NCBI GenBank assembly: GCA_963675785.1
Contig: OY776562.1
Location: 1,504,001 to 1,568,000 of the forward strand
Origin: Anaerolineae bacterium
Lineage (GTDB): Bacteria; Chloroflexota; Anaerolineae; UBA1429
DNA: 64,000 bases
Direction of reading: 5' to 3'
Part shown: positions 37,072 to 47,485 of the stretch, piece after piece
How the letters are laid out: every line of letters begins with the position of its first letter
Position numbering within the stretch: position 1 is the stretch's first letter
Notes under the pieces: generated by a model
What the model was told of the DNA's origin: nothing
The model's database searches: none
Seen by the model: only the letters and a program-made list of their open reading frames with translations
Translations under genes and position numbers: made by a program

Positions 37072-38982
37072 TTAATCGGCCCCATCCAGTCGCTCATATT
37101 CGGCCTGATCAGCCGCAGCTAACCCATCTTCACCAAGAGCAGCATAGGCCAAGCTGCGATAATAATAGGCCAGAGAGAAATCCGGATCAAGTCGGATAGC
37201 CTTCGAATAGTCATCAACCGCTTGCTCTAGATCGCCTTGGTAAGCGTAAGCAACGCCTCTATTTAGATAAGCAGCTACATACTTGTAATCAAGATGAATA
37301 GCTTCAGTAGAGTCTCTAATAGCGCTCTCGCTGTCCCCCAGAGCTAAATACATAACACTGCGGTTAAAATAGCCTGTAGCATCTTCGGGCATAAGGCGGA
37401 TAGCTTCTGTGTAATCCTGAATTGCTTGCTCATAATTCTCTAGCATGCCTTGATAAAAAGCACGATTATGAAAAGCAGCAGCATAACCTGGCTCAAGCCG
37501 AATAGCCTCATCACAATCCTGAATAGCTAATTCGTATTCGCCTTGATCACCATGGGCAAGCCCACGATTGTAATAAGCTTCCACATAATCTGGTTCTAAA
37601 CAAATAGTTTCCGTGTAATCTTGAATGGCTTTATCGTATTCTCCTTGGATGTAATAAGTAACCCCACGGAAAAAATAGCTATATGCATGGGTAGGGTCTA
37701 GTTCAATAACCCTAGTGTAATCTAAGATAGCTCCATCATATTGAGCTTGCTCGCCTAAAACTGATCCGCGATAAAAATAAGCCTTTGCAAAATCAGGTTC
37801 AAGTTGAATAGCTTCTGAAAAGTATTGAATAGCTTGCTCATAGTCATTCTGGAGAAAATAGATATAGCCACATTGATAATAAGCCATTGCACTATTTGCC
37901 TGCAGGTGAATGGTACTGTCACAATCTTGAAGTGCTTGATCATTATTGCCCTGGCTGCTATATGCAATCCCACGATTCAAGTAAGCTGAAGCATAATTAG
38001 GTTCAAGCTGTAAGGCTTTTGTATATGCAGTAATCGCTTGCGCAGAATTTCCCGTGGTTTGGTAAAGCCAGCCCAGCTGAAAATAAACTTCCTCTGAATT
38101 ATCTGGCACCGAGCTTTCAACTATTGAGTCACTAGCTCTCTTAATGGCCTGAAGAGCATTTGTATAATCCATAACAGAAATATAAGACTGACCAATGCCG
38201 AAAAAAGAGAGATAGGGTAGCTGTGTCGACAAATCATCTTGAGACAGCGTGCAAAAACAATACGTACTGGGGGTGGCGAGGCCACTGTACTTGATATCAC
38301 TAATCGGCGTCGCCGGATCAAAATCTGAATCTACGAGATTCAGGTAATTCACAGTGATTCGCGAACCTGTATCACTCCCCCAGATTACCATCCTTGCGCC
38401 ATAACGCTGCCCTAAGGCTTCGGCCCCCTCACGATCGTTCATCTCTAAATTGAGGGCATGGCGCTCAACACGAAAATCAGACAATCCTAAAGATTCGGAA
38501 GCATTCGCGATTTCGCGATAAATTTCACTATCGACATCTGTATCTATTGCCCCTTTAGCAACATCAAAATCTGCAATAAGAATCAGCACTCCGCCTTCAC
38601 TCGCCGGCTTCACCACGGTGAGCAATGGATCCCACTCTCGCCATAGCTCCTTGGGAGATTTCCAACCCAATGAAAAGCCAGCTATGACTATCACCGCAAT
38701 GAGCAAAGGTAATGCTATGCCCAGGTAAAAAGTCCAACGATGTTTGGGGACATCTGGCGGGACGGGCGTGGGAGCACTTGATGTAGTATTCTGGTGCAGC
38801 CAAGCCTTTATTGCCGTTTCTGGTATGTGCCAGCATCCACGGCTATCTTTTTCAACACCCGGAAGATGGCCATCACGACAGTAACGACGTACGACATCTT
38901 CTGCCACACCCATACGTCGAGCAGCTTCAGCCACATCAAGATACATCAATTCTTCAGACGTATTTTCTGTGCTCTCAGCCAT
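37072..38982 (-). CDS. excisionase-type HTH - TM - TPR repeat protein
   Basis: YLDVAEAARRMGV..DVVRRYCRDGHLPG....GCWHIP, TM helix, about 9-10 TPRs (AY.NRG..Y...G.Y..AI.DY..AI.L.P). Confidence 0.85.
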   Translation of the reverse strand: MAESTENTSEELMYLDVAEAARRMGVAEDVVRRYCRDGHLPGVEKDSRGCWHIPETAIKAWLHQNTTSSAPTPVPPDVPKHRWTFYLGIALPLLIAVIVIAGFSLGWKSPKELWREWDPLLTVVKPASEGGVLILIADFDVAKGAIDTDVDSEIYREIANASESLGLSDFRVERHALNLEMNDREGAEALGQRYGARMVIWGSDTGSRITVNYLNLVDSDFDPATPISDIKYSGLATPSTYCFCTLSQDDLSTQLPYLSFFGIGQSYISVMDYTNALQAIKRASDSIVESSVPDNSEEVYFQLGWLYQTTGNSAQAITAYTKALQLEPNYASAYLNRGIAYSSQGNNDQALQDCDSTIHLQANSAMAYYQCGYIYFLQNDYEQAIQYFSEAIQLEPDFAKAYFYRGSVLGEQAQYDGAILDYTRVIELDPTHAYSYFFRGVTYYIQGEYDKAIQDYTETICLEPDYVEAYYNRGLAHGDQGEYELAIQDCDEAIRLEPGYAAAFHNRAFYQGMLENYEQAIQDYTEAIRLMPEDATGYFNRSVMYLALGDSESAIRDSTEAIHLDYKYVAAYLNRGVAYAYQGDLEQAVDDYSKAIRLDPDFSLAYYYRSLAYAALGEDGLAAADQAEYERLDGAD

Positions 38983-39101
38983 GTCTCCCCTCCTGAAGGT
39001 CTACTTGATCCATTATAGTAGACTTTTACCTATAAATCTATGCAATAAAGTCCTGGGGGCTATCATTTTGTAGAGAAATGGTACACGTAGGAATTGATTC
39101 C

Positions 39102-39395
39102 TCGTAAGGGGTGTATTTATGCGCTTCGCCAGGGACTGGACGCCGCAGGCGGCGTCTGACGTCTCCTGGCTAGGCCAAGCGCGTCCTACGGACGCCGAGT
39201 GGGGAGAAGGTTATCGCCAAAGGAAAGCAAGCCTAGCCAAAATGCACGTCAGACTGAATTGCCTTGCTACGCAGGGCTAGGCGCTGCGGTAGCAAAGTCT
39301 CTGCGAGGCTCTAGGAGTTAGCCTTGCTGATACGAGCCTCCGACCAAAGGTCGGAGGGTTGGCTAACCTAGCACTGGGGTTTTGTCTAGTGCGCC
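39102..39395 (+). repeat. long composite repeat A, copy 2, plus REP hairpins
   Basis: GTGTATTTATGCGCTTCGCCAGGGACTGGACGCC...; AGCCTCCGACC-AAA-GGTCGGAGG. Confidence 0.85.
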
Positions 39396-39593
39396 GCGCT
39401 GTATAAACTCATTCGTGTAAAATCAAAGTCCGACAAGAATTATGAGAAATAATTCAATCCAGACATTAAGAATACGCAAAATATTAACGAATTGATAAAA
39501 TTATGTCTACTAAATGCAGTATACTTACAATGTTGGTTTAGTAGAAGGAAGGCAAAGATGTCTGTAAAGTTATTGAGCCGACTAGAGGACAGC

Positions 39594-40802
39594 ATGTCTA
39601 AATACCGTTCAAGACTACGGAAATCAACTTTTGCTTGCAGTCTAATAAGTGCCCTCGTCCTTTCAGGGTGTCAGGTGCCTGCAACAGTGACACCCGTGCC
39701 AGAGGCCACATCTGCACCCACAGAAACGCCTATCGCGACTCTTGCCACTACGGAAACCGCCACGACCACGCCAACCAACACTGCCTCCCCCACAGCGACC
39801 GCAAAACCCACGGTGGTCATCAGCGATGAAAAACCCTTTACTATAGGCATGCCTATTTTCTACGTTAGCGGCGGTGATTTGTGGTGCAGTGATTTGGAGG
39901 GAGAAAACGCCTTGCAGCTCACTGAAGACGATGCTCTTGATTTAGTGGCACCTCCTCCAGCAAGTGGTGTAAATACTACATTGAGCTCAATATGCAAACC
40001 CAGCGTTTCTCCAGATGGTCTTTGGGTTTCCTATCATCCTCGTACAGAGTTTGGATCTACAATGGTCTTGATACCTACTGTAAAAGGAGTATCTACGCGA
40101 AGAATCGATAACACCTGCTATGGCGTCTGGTCCCCTGATTCGACCAGACTAGCTTACACACCCCACATGGATATTGAATCGGTAATTTATGTGTATGATG
40201 TTTATACACACAACAGAATTAGTTACTATCCACCAGATAATGAAAATACATGGTACTTTGCAAATCCTCTTCTCTGGGCGCCAGATGGCCAAGCGTTATT
40301 TTTCAGAGGTACAACAGAACCTCTTAATACAGAAGATACCGAAATTGATTATAATATACATAATGTCATTAGACTAGATATTCAAACGGGCATAAGCCAG
40401 GTAGTCGGTACAGTACGAACAAGTATTGCCAGCAGTCAAACTTTCTGCCTAGATAGCAAGGGTAATTTTACTACCGATATCGAGAATGGAGCTATCTGCT
40501 CTAAAGACCGCAACTATCCAATTTCGCCAAATGGCTTGTGGATTTATCAAGTCTCCTCTGAAGCCCAAAATACGACGATCAGCATGATGGATGTTGAAAG
40601 GAACGTGATCTGGGAGCGTGAGCTCGATTTTGGGACCTCACAATCTAGGGTTCATTGGTCGCTTGATGGGGAATATTTGTTAATTGACGATTATAGCATG
40701 ACCACCCCCATCTGGCGGCTGGCCAGCGATGGCAGTAGCGAGTTGGAGCAGGTGGTAGATGAGGGGTATCTGCTGGATGTAGTGTCTTCCTGGACAGAGT
40801 AA
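39594..40802 (+). CDS. lipoprotein with TolB/PD40-like beta-propeller (family member 3)
   Basis: Lipobox LSGC, PT linker, same conserved blocks as 11008 and 12383; start uncertain (39558 or 39594). Confidence 0.8.
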   Translation: MSKYRSRLRKSTFACSLISALVLSGCQVPATVTPVPEATSAPTETPIATLATTETATTTPTNTASPTATAKPTVVISDEKPFTIGMPIFYVSGGDLWCSDLEGENALQLTEDDALDLVAPPPASGVNTTLSSICKPSVSPDGLWVSYHPRTEFGSTMVLIPTVKGVSTRRIDNTCYGVWSPDSTRLAYTPHMDIESVIYVYDVYTHNRISYYPPDNENTWYFANPLLWAPDGQALFFRGTTEPLNTEDTEIDYNIHNVIRLDIQTGISQVVGTVRTSIASSQTFCLDSKGNFTTDIENGAICSKDRNYPISPNGLWIYQVSSEAQNTTISMMDVERNVIWERELDFGTSQSRVHWSLDGEYLLIDDYSMTTPIWRLASDGSSELEQVVDEGYLLDVVSSWTE

Positions 40803-41060
40803 ATCTGACAGAGCTTCATGTGCGAGTAGAGGTCGAGAGGGGACGATCCCTCTCGACCTTTGGTTTTAGGATGGGGTTCGATGTATTGTTGAGGATGTGA
40901 TCGTGCGGTTCGCCAGAGATTTGCATTCACTCATGACCACCCCCGGATCCCCTAGCAATAATGTTAAAAATACGCAAATTATCGCCAAATTGATAGAATT
41001 ATACCCACTAGAATATAGTATAATCATGGTGTACAAGTAGATTTTAAGAGGGGACTAACA

Positions 41061-42293
41061 ATGTTTATTTGCCGTACCAGCCTTGGTAAAGCATTGATCA
41101 TTTGTGGCTTGATAAGCACACTCGTCCTTTCAGGATGTCAGGGGACTGCAACAGTGACACCAGTCCCAGAAACCACATCTGCACCCACTGAAACAACTAT
41201 CGCGACTCTTGCCCCTACGGAAACCGCCACAACCAAGCCGACCAACACTGCATCCCCCACAGCGACCGCAAAACCCACAGTAGTACTCAGCGATGAAGCC
41301 CCCTTTACCCTGGGCATGCCCGTTTTGTATGCCAAAGGCGGCGACCTGTGGTGCAGCAGCTTAGACGGCGAAAACATTTTGCAACTCACCCAAGACGACG
41401 CTCTCAATTTGGTAGCACCGCCGCCCCCAAGTGGTGTGGGACCTGCACTATCATGGACATGTAAACCCAACGTTTCCCCCGACGGACGCTGGATCGCCTA
41501 TAATCCTTATTCGGGCCAAGATTCAACACGCATCATCCTATTGTCCACCGTCGAGGGAATGTCCCCTCAAACGGTCATGCGTACCTGCTATGGCGTCTGG
41601 TCTCCCGATTCGACTCGACTGGCTTTTGCACCTAATTTGGAGAATCCTTTCAACAAGGACTTACGCCCCTCGGTCTACGTATATGATCTCACCACACAAT
41701 CCTCCACCATCTATTACCCGAACGAAGGGGATGAAGCGGCTTGGGGAAAGATCAATACTTTTCTATGGGCGCCCGATGGAAATTCGATAACCTTCAGGGG
41801 CTTGGCGGATTTCGAAACTGAGGGAGAACAGCCCGATAGTCACGAGGCTCAAGTCTTTACGATTGACCTGACCAGCGGAAGCAGTGAAGCAGTAGGTGAA
41901 GTTTGGGTGAGTATTGCCAGCAATCAGACTTTTTGCCTGGACAGCGAGGGTAACTTTACGACGGATGCTGACAGCGGCGTCATCTGCTCCCTCGACTATA
42001 GCTATTTCACGTCACCCAACGGGTTGTGGACCTACAGTCGTCGTCAATCTAGCGAAAATGAAGGGGCGACAACAATTGCAGTCCTAGATGCCGATGAAAA
42101 TGTGCTCTGGGAACGAGACCTTGAATTTTCTCCTGGCAAAGTTCGCTGGTCGTCCGATGGAGCCTATTTGTTGATTGATGGAGATGATATGACGGGGCCT
42201 ATCTGGCGGCTAGCCAGCGATGGCAGCGGTGAGTTGGAGCAGGTGGTGGACGAAGGGTATTTGTTGGATGTGGTAGCTGATTGGGCAGAATGA
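41061..42293 (+). CDS. lipoprotein with TolB/PD40-like beta-propeller (family member 4)
   Basis: Lipobox LSGC; tandem paralog of 39594. Confidence 0.82.
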   Translation: MFICRTSLGKALIICGLISTLVLSGCQGTATVTPVPETTSAPTETTIATLAPTETATTKPTNTASPTATAKPTVVLSDEAPFTLGMPVLYAKGGDLWCSSLDGENILQLTQDDALNLVAPPPPSGVGPALSWTCKPNVSPDGRWIAYNPYSGQDSTRIILLSTVEGMSPQTVMRTCYGVWSPDSTRLAFAPNLENPFNKDLRPSVYVYDLTTQSSTIYYPNEGDEAAWGKINTFLWAPDGNSITFRGLADFETEGEQPDSHEAQVFTIDLTSGSSEAVGEVWVSIASNQTFCLDSEGNFTTDADSGVICSLDYSYFTSPNGLWTYSRRQSSENEGATTIAVLDADENVLWERDLEFSPGKVRWSSDGAYLLIDGDDMTGPIWRLASDGSGELEQVVDEGYLLDVVADWAE

Positions 42294-42299
42294 ACCAAG

Positions 42300-43005
42300 C
42301 AGACGTGGGGTTAGAAACCCCACGCTGAGCAAGCTACAAAAACAGAGGACGAGAGGGTTCAAACCCTCTCGTCCTTATTTTTGGCGATGAGGTTCAATCT
42401 ATTGTACGGGGTGTGTTTATGCGGTTCGCCAGGGATTTGCGATCACGGCGATGCAACGCTAGGGGAAAGCGTCCTGCGGACGCCGAGCAAGGAGAAAACT
42501 AAAGCTCACTAGCGCACTAGGCTAAATGCGAACTCTACGAGTTCGCTTGTGAGAAAGGATGCAAGAGCAAGCTTTGTCAGTGCTACATATGCAAACCCTG
42601 CCCTACGGGCAGGCTCTAGGAGCTCGTCTTGCTGATACGAGCCTCCGACTTACTCCCCGCCCAGCGTCCGCAGGACACCTTTACTAGCCAGGCGATGTCA
42701 GGCGCCGCTTGCGGCGTCCAATCCCTGGCGATACAGATAAACACACCCCTTACGATTGTTTGTTGCAGATACCTAGACGCATCGGGCTGAACCCCGATGC
42801 TACATATGCAAACCCTGCCCTACGGGCAGGCTCTAGGAGTTCGTCTTGTTGATATGAGCCTCCGACCAAAGGTCGGAGGGTTGGCTAATGTAGCATTGAC
42901 AAAGCCAAGGCTTTGTCGAGCGAACTCGTAGAGTTCGCATTTAGCCTGAGGCGTTGTAGATGGCGCTTTTAGTCACACCGCCAGGGATTGGACGCCGCAG
43001 CCCCT
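42300..43005. repeat. large composite REP-like array with direct (42411) and inverted (42651-42753) copies of repeat A
   Basis: CTGCCC-TAC-GGGCAG x2, GCGAACTC-TAC/GTA-GAGTTCGC, GACAAAGCC..GGCTTTGTC, CATCGGGCTGAACCCCGATG. Confidence 0.85.
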
Positions 43006-43007
43006 TA

Positions 43008-44024
43008 TCACCCCAACCTACCTTGCAACAGGACAATCTCAGCCTCGATGAGGCGGGAGAGATCGTGGAGGCCAATGGCGTTGTCGAGTTGGAGGGCCTG
43101 CTGCAGGTTCTCCAGAGCCTGCGGGTAGCGGCCCTGGGCCTCGTAGAGAAGGCCGATATTGGCGAGGACGGCGGCTTCGCCCGCGCGGTTGCCCACCTCA
43201 CGATAGATCGATAGAGCCTGCTGGTAGTTCGGCAAGGCCTGTTCGTACTGTCCCTGACCAAAGTGGACCATGGCGATGTTGTTGAGGGCGTGGGCCTCTC
43301 CGGCGCGATCGCCTATCTCGCGCAGAATGAGGAGAGCCTGGGTATCGTGCTCCAAAGCCTGTTCGGGCAGACCCAGGTTGTCGCAAGCGCTGCCGATGCT
43401 ATCGAGGGCATTGGCCTCGCCCCGTTGATCGCCCAGATCACGCATGATTCGCAAATCCTGCTGATAGCCCACCAACGCTTGTTCGTAACGCCCCTGCGCC
43501 TCGTACACCCCGGCGATGTTGTGGAGCGTGCCAGCCTCACCCGAGAGGTCACCGACCTCATGGCGGATCTCCAAAGCCTGGCGATAGTACGCTAGCGCCC
43601 GCTCATAGTCGTCGAGGTTGTAATAGGCGACGCCAATGTCGTTGAGGGTAAGGCCCTCTCCTGCGCGGTCGCCCACCTCACGACGAAGGAGCAGGGCCTG
43701 CTGGTAGTATTCCAGGGCCTGGGCATAATCCCCCTGGCTGTCATAGATGCCGCCGATGCTGTTGATGGTGGCAGCCTGGCCAACACGATCGCCCATCTCG
43801 CGCATCACCGCCAGGGCCTGTTGGTAGAGGTCCAGGGCACGAGCATAGGCGCACAGGTAGTCGTACATGCTGGCCATGTTGTGAAGGGCGGTGCTCTCCT
43901 CCTGGCGGTTGCCCTGGGCGCGGGCGAGTTCCAGGTTTTTGCTAAAGTGTGACAGGGCCTCGGGGTAGTTGCCCTGGCGATAGGCGGACAGCGCTGCTTG
44001 TTCGTGGCGGTCGTATTTTGACAT
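43008..44024 (-). CDS. TPR repeat protein
   Basis: Eight about 40-aa repeats GDRAGEA.TL.NIG.VY...G.Y..AL.YYQQAL. Confidence 0.88.
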   Translation of the reverse strand: MSKYDRHEQAALSAYRQGNYPEALSHFSKNLELARAQGNRQEESTALHNMASMYDYLCAYARALDLYQQALAVMREMGDRVGQAATINSIGGIYDSQGDYAQALEYYQQALLLRREVGDRAGEGLTLNDIGVAYYNLDDYERALAYYRQALEIRHEVGDLSGEAGTLHNIAGVYEAQGRYEQALVGYQQDLRIMRDLGDQRGEANALDSIGSACDNLGLPEQALEHDTQALLILREIGDRAGEAHALNNIAMVHFGQGQYEQALPNYQQALSIYREVGNRAGEAAVLANIGLLYEAQGRYPQALENLQQALQLDNAIGLHDLSRLIEAEIVLLQGRLG

Positions 44025-44094
44025 GTGCCCCTGCTTTATGTTGGATGGCTAGGACTATAGCTGAAACGGGTGGGGGTTTCAATGAAGGGGGGGA

Positions 44095-44185
44095 GGGGGT
44101 GTGGTGCGATTCGCCAGGGATTTGCGATCACGGCGATGCGACGCTAGGACAGGCGCGTCCTGCGGACGCCAAGCATGGAGTAAGT
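44095..44185 (+). repeat. repeat A, partial copy
   Basis: TCGCCAGGGATTTGCGATCACGGCGATGC...GCGTCC-TGC-GGACGCC, nearly identical to 42426-42485. Confidence 0.8.
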
Positions 44186-44274
44186 TGACGTCTATGCGTA
44201 TCCCTTGCAATCACGCTGGGGCTGGCTAATATACGACGCAAGTGCATTCAACCAACGGCAAAGGAACGGCGATT

Positions 44275-45543
44275 ATGAGTGAGAGTCTCAGCCCATGGCA
44301 AGCGGGCGAGTTGGATATCCACCACATTAGCACGGGGCGCGGCGAAAGCACGTTTTTCATTTTGCCGGACGGCACGACGATGCTGATCGATGCCGGGGAG
44401 ATGGACCCCACCAACCCACGCACGACGGGGCCGCGTAGCACGCCGGCACGTCCCAGCGACGAGCGGCTGCCCTACGAATGGCTGGTGCGCTATATCCAGC
44501 GGGTGCATCCGAATCCGCAGGCACCGACGTTGGATTACGCGGTATTGAGCCACTTTCACGACGATCATCTGGGGATGGTGCATCCACTCTCTCCGTTGGC
44601 CGAGTGCGGAGCCTATTCTCTGACGGGTCTGGTCGGTGTGGGGGATGCGTTCTCTATCGGCACCCTGCTCGATCGCGGGTATCCCACTTATGATTACCCG
44701 ATGGGGTTGGAGGATCCGCGCCTGCTGGCCTGGCTGGAGGGGAGCTCCAAGTCTCAAGAGGAATACGGCAAGCAAAAGCGGACTATCGACAATTATCGGG
44801 CGTTCATCGCCTGGCAGCAGGATCATCAAGGGATGAAAGCGGAACGGTTCCGCGCAGGGAGCAAGACGCAGATCAAGCTGCAGCACGCGCCGGAGCGATA
44901 TCCCGGCTTTGAGGTGCAGAACATTGCGGTGAACGGCGAGGTGTGGACGGGGCACAACGAGGAGACTGAGAAGCGGATTCCGCCGGTGGAAACGTTGAGG
45001 CCACAGGATATGCTCAACGAGAACCTCTACAGCACGGTGATGGTGATGCAGTATGGGCGATTCCGCTATTACACGGGCGGCGACATTGCCGGGAACGTGG
45101 ACCTGGGTGAACCCAAGTGGGTGGATTTGGAGACGCCGGTGGCACGCGTGGTGGGCGCGGTGGACGTGATGAAGATGAACCACCACGGCAACCGCAGTTC
45201 GTCCAATGCGTTTTTCGTGAGCACATTGCAACCACGGGTGGTGACGCAGAACGTGTGGTGTTCTAACCATCCGGGCGAGGACGTGCTGCGACGGCACGTC
45301 TCTAGGTATTTGTACCCCGGCGACCGCGACCTGTTCGCCAACGACATGTCGGAGGCCAACCGCGCAGTCATTGGGCCGCTAGTGGATCGCTCTTATGCCA
45401 GTATGCACGGGCACACGGTGCTGCGTGTAGCTGAGGGGGGCGAATCCTATAGGGTGTACACTGTCGAAGATCGGGATGAGTCGATGCGGGTTACCGGCGT
45501 GTTTGGGCCGTACGAGGCGCACACCGGCTCGACCGAGGATTAG
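44275..45543 (+). CDS. metallo-beta-lactamase fold hydrolase (ComEC/Rec2-like)
   Basis: LIDAG, SHFHDDH, NEN..S, GGD, KMNHHG. Confidence 0.82.
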   Translation: MSESLSPWQAGELDIHHISTGRGESTFFILPDGTTMLIDAGEMDPTNPRTTGPRSTPARPSDERLPYEWLVRYIQRVHPNPQAPTLDYAVLSHFHDDHLGMVHPLSPLAECGAYSLTGLVGVGDAFSIGTLLDRGYPTYDYPMGLEDPRLLAWLEGSSKSQEEYGKQKRTIDNYRAFIAWQQDHQGMKAERFRAGSKTQIKLQHAPERYPGFEVQNIAVNGEVWTGHNEETEKRIPPVETLRPQDMLNENLYSTVMVMQYGRFRYYTGGDIAGNVDLGEPKWVDLETPVARVVGAVDVMKMNHHGNRSSSNAFFVSTLQPRVVTQNVWCSNHPGEDVLRRHVSRYLYPGDRDLFANDMSEANRAVIGPLVDRSYASMHGHTVLRVAEGGESYRVYTVEDRDESMRVTGVFGPYEAHTGSTED

Positions 45544-45643
45544 TTGAGCAGCGCCAATCCAAAAGAAAAACAAGGCCGGAAGCGAGATGCTCCCGGCCTT
45601 GACATAGATCGGCGCCCAATCGCCATCGCTGCCCACGTAAATT

Positions 45644-46084
45644 CTATTTCGGGGGGCGCGGGGTGAGTTTGATCTGGATTAGCTTGCAGACATCGACCAG
45701 GTCGTCATCGTCGAGGACGCGGTAGTGCAACCAACCGCCCTGCTCGCCGCAGGGGTAGCGCTTGGCCCACAGCTCACGGGTTTTGAGGAGAAGAGAATCG
45801 AGTTGGGCGATCAGGGCGGGCATACAGTCATCGCCGAGCTGGAGCATGACCGTAAAAGCGCCCTCCTCGAAAAAGGCATAGCAGAAGTGCTTGCTCTTGT
45901 GGCCGTATTTATAGCCCCAGCCGTATTTGTTGCCAAAGGGGAATTTGAGAGCATGGGTGAGGCTGTAGTTGGCATTCAAGAAAGCCTCGAACTGGTTAAG
46001 GCGCGCGTAGGCCGCGGAGGTCAACGTGTCACGGATGGCCTGTTCATCAGGTTGTTCGGCTTTGTTGAGCATTCTCTCGTACAT
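45644..46084 (-). CDS. DUF3788 family protein
   Basis: YERMLNK, PFGNKYGWGYKY, GGWLHYRV; RBS GGAGG. Confidence 0.75.
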   Translation of the reverse strand: MYERMLNKAEQPDEQAIRDTLTSAAYARLNQFEAFLNANYSLTHALKFPFGNKYGWGYKYGHKSKHFCYAFFEEGAFTVMLQLGDDCMPALIAQLDSLLLKTRELWAKRYPCGEQGGWLHYRVLDDDDLVDVCKLIQIKLTPRPPK

Positions 46085-46165
46085 GGGGGTTCCTCCCAGT
46101 GTATACCTTACGTTGCTATACATGTGGGAGGAGTATAACACGTGATTTTGGCGAATGCTTGCCAC

Positions 46166-46196
46166 AAAAAAAGGGCACCCCATGGGCACCCTTTTT
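46166..46196. terminator. probable bidirectional terminator
   Basis: AAAAAAGGG-CACCCCATGGGCA-CCCTTTTT. Confidence 0.5.
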
Positions 46197-46215
46197 ATTC
46201 TGCTGCGCGGGACGA

Positions 46216-46782
46216 TCAGATCATGATGCCCACATCGAGGAGCGAGGCAGCGACAAACAGGGGCAGGCCCAAAAGCACACCAAGCTCTTGCCAGATGGTA
46301 AAGGCGCCGTCGTTGCGACCGCGAAAGCGATTCAAAAAGCGCTCCAGGGCAATGCCCATGATGTTAGCTACCATCATCATCGAGGCATAGGCGCGAATAT
46401 CGCGAGCCAGTTCCTCGCCGTAAAGATGCACCAGCCTGGCGTCCGCCTCGGGGTCGGGCTGACCACCAGATTCGGCATAATGTTGGGCGTACAAAAGGGC
46501 CACGCGCTCCCATTCGGGGGCGGTGCTGATATCGCCGCCGAGCATCCCCTCGACCTCTTGCTCACTCATGCCGGTCTTGAGGGCCATGCCAGTGTGGGCA
46601 TAGCTGCAATAACGGCAACCGTTCACTTCGGTGACGGCCAACATGATACGCTCACGAAAAGCAGGGGAAACACGCCCTGCCTTGTTAGCTCGGTGCAGGG
46701 CACGCATGTTCGAGACTAGATCATGGACATATCGTTCAAAGGTGGGTACTTCCACCATACGTTTTTGAGATTGTAGTGCCAC
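46216..46782 (-). CDS. carboxymuconolactone decarboxylase/AhpD family protein
   Basis: RERIMLAVTEVNGCRYCSYAH. Confidence 0.85.
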   Translation of the reverse strand: MALQSQKRMVEVPTFERYVHDLVSNMRALHRANKAGRVSPAFRERIMLAVTEVNGCRYCSYAHTGMALKTGMSEQEVEGMLGGDISTAPEWERVALLYAQHYAESGGQPDPEADARLVHLYGEELARDIRAYASMMMVANIMGIALERFLNRFRGRNDGAFTIWQELGVLLGLPLFVAASLLDVGIMI

Positions 46783-46882
46783 TTTTGCTGCTCCTGAATG
46801 AAAATTTACCCCTGCAGGGTATTTTGTTAGGATACACCCAATGGCCCGACAAGGTCAAAAACCAGTGGAATTGTATACCGCA

Positions 46883-47356
46883 TCAAGCCGCATCAACACG
46901 CAAGGCCGCCAGCGAAGAAAACAGCATGATCGCAAAGGTTACGCCAGAGAGTGCCCAGGCCAGCGAGCCTAGCTCCCAGAGGGTGCCCCACATCATCAAC
47001 AGGCCGCCAAAGAGCAGGATAAACAAGGGCACCACGACGCCAGAGCGATGCATTCTACTGTTTTTATCACCGGGAATGACGCTAAAGGCGAAAGTAGCTA
47101 CGCAAAACAAGGCATACACCAGCGGCGAGATCCAATACAAGGCGCCGAAATCATAGGCGGAGGAATAGCCACTGAGCAGGCCGACCACGGCCGTCATTAA
47201 AGCAGGCAACCCCATGATGAGGGCCAGGTTACGCCAAAGCTTGGGGTGTCCGGTTTTGCGGGTGCGAGCGATGAACATGGCGCCGTTAAAGAGATTGGCC
47301 AGCACCGCAATGACGCAGATGCTCCAGAGGTAAGTTTCAAGGGGGAACGGAAACAT
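46883..47356 (-). CDS. membrane protein (paralog A)
   Basis: Multiple TM; YLW...LANLF..AMF, GYSSAYD.GALYW. Confidence 0.75.
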   Translation of the reverse strand: MFPFPLETYLWSICVIAVLANLFNGAMFIARTRKTGHPKLWRNLALIMGLPALMTAVVGLLSGYSSAYDFGALYWISPLVYALFCVATFAFSVIPGDKNSRMHRSGVVVPLFILLFGGLLMMWGTLWELGSLAWALSGVTFAIMLFSSLAALRVDAA

Positions 47357-47485
47357 ACGAGCCTCCTGACTGCAGACAGATGGGCTTGTCCGACGGATGT
47401 AGTTTGGCTCGCAGCATCCATATACAGTATAGCACAGGAGCAGGTGCGTTCCCAGTCAGTCAGATTGCCTCGGACGCACTTTTTT

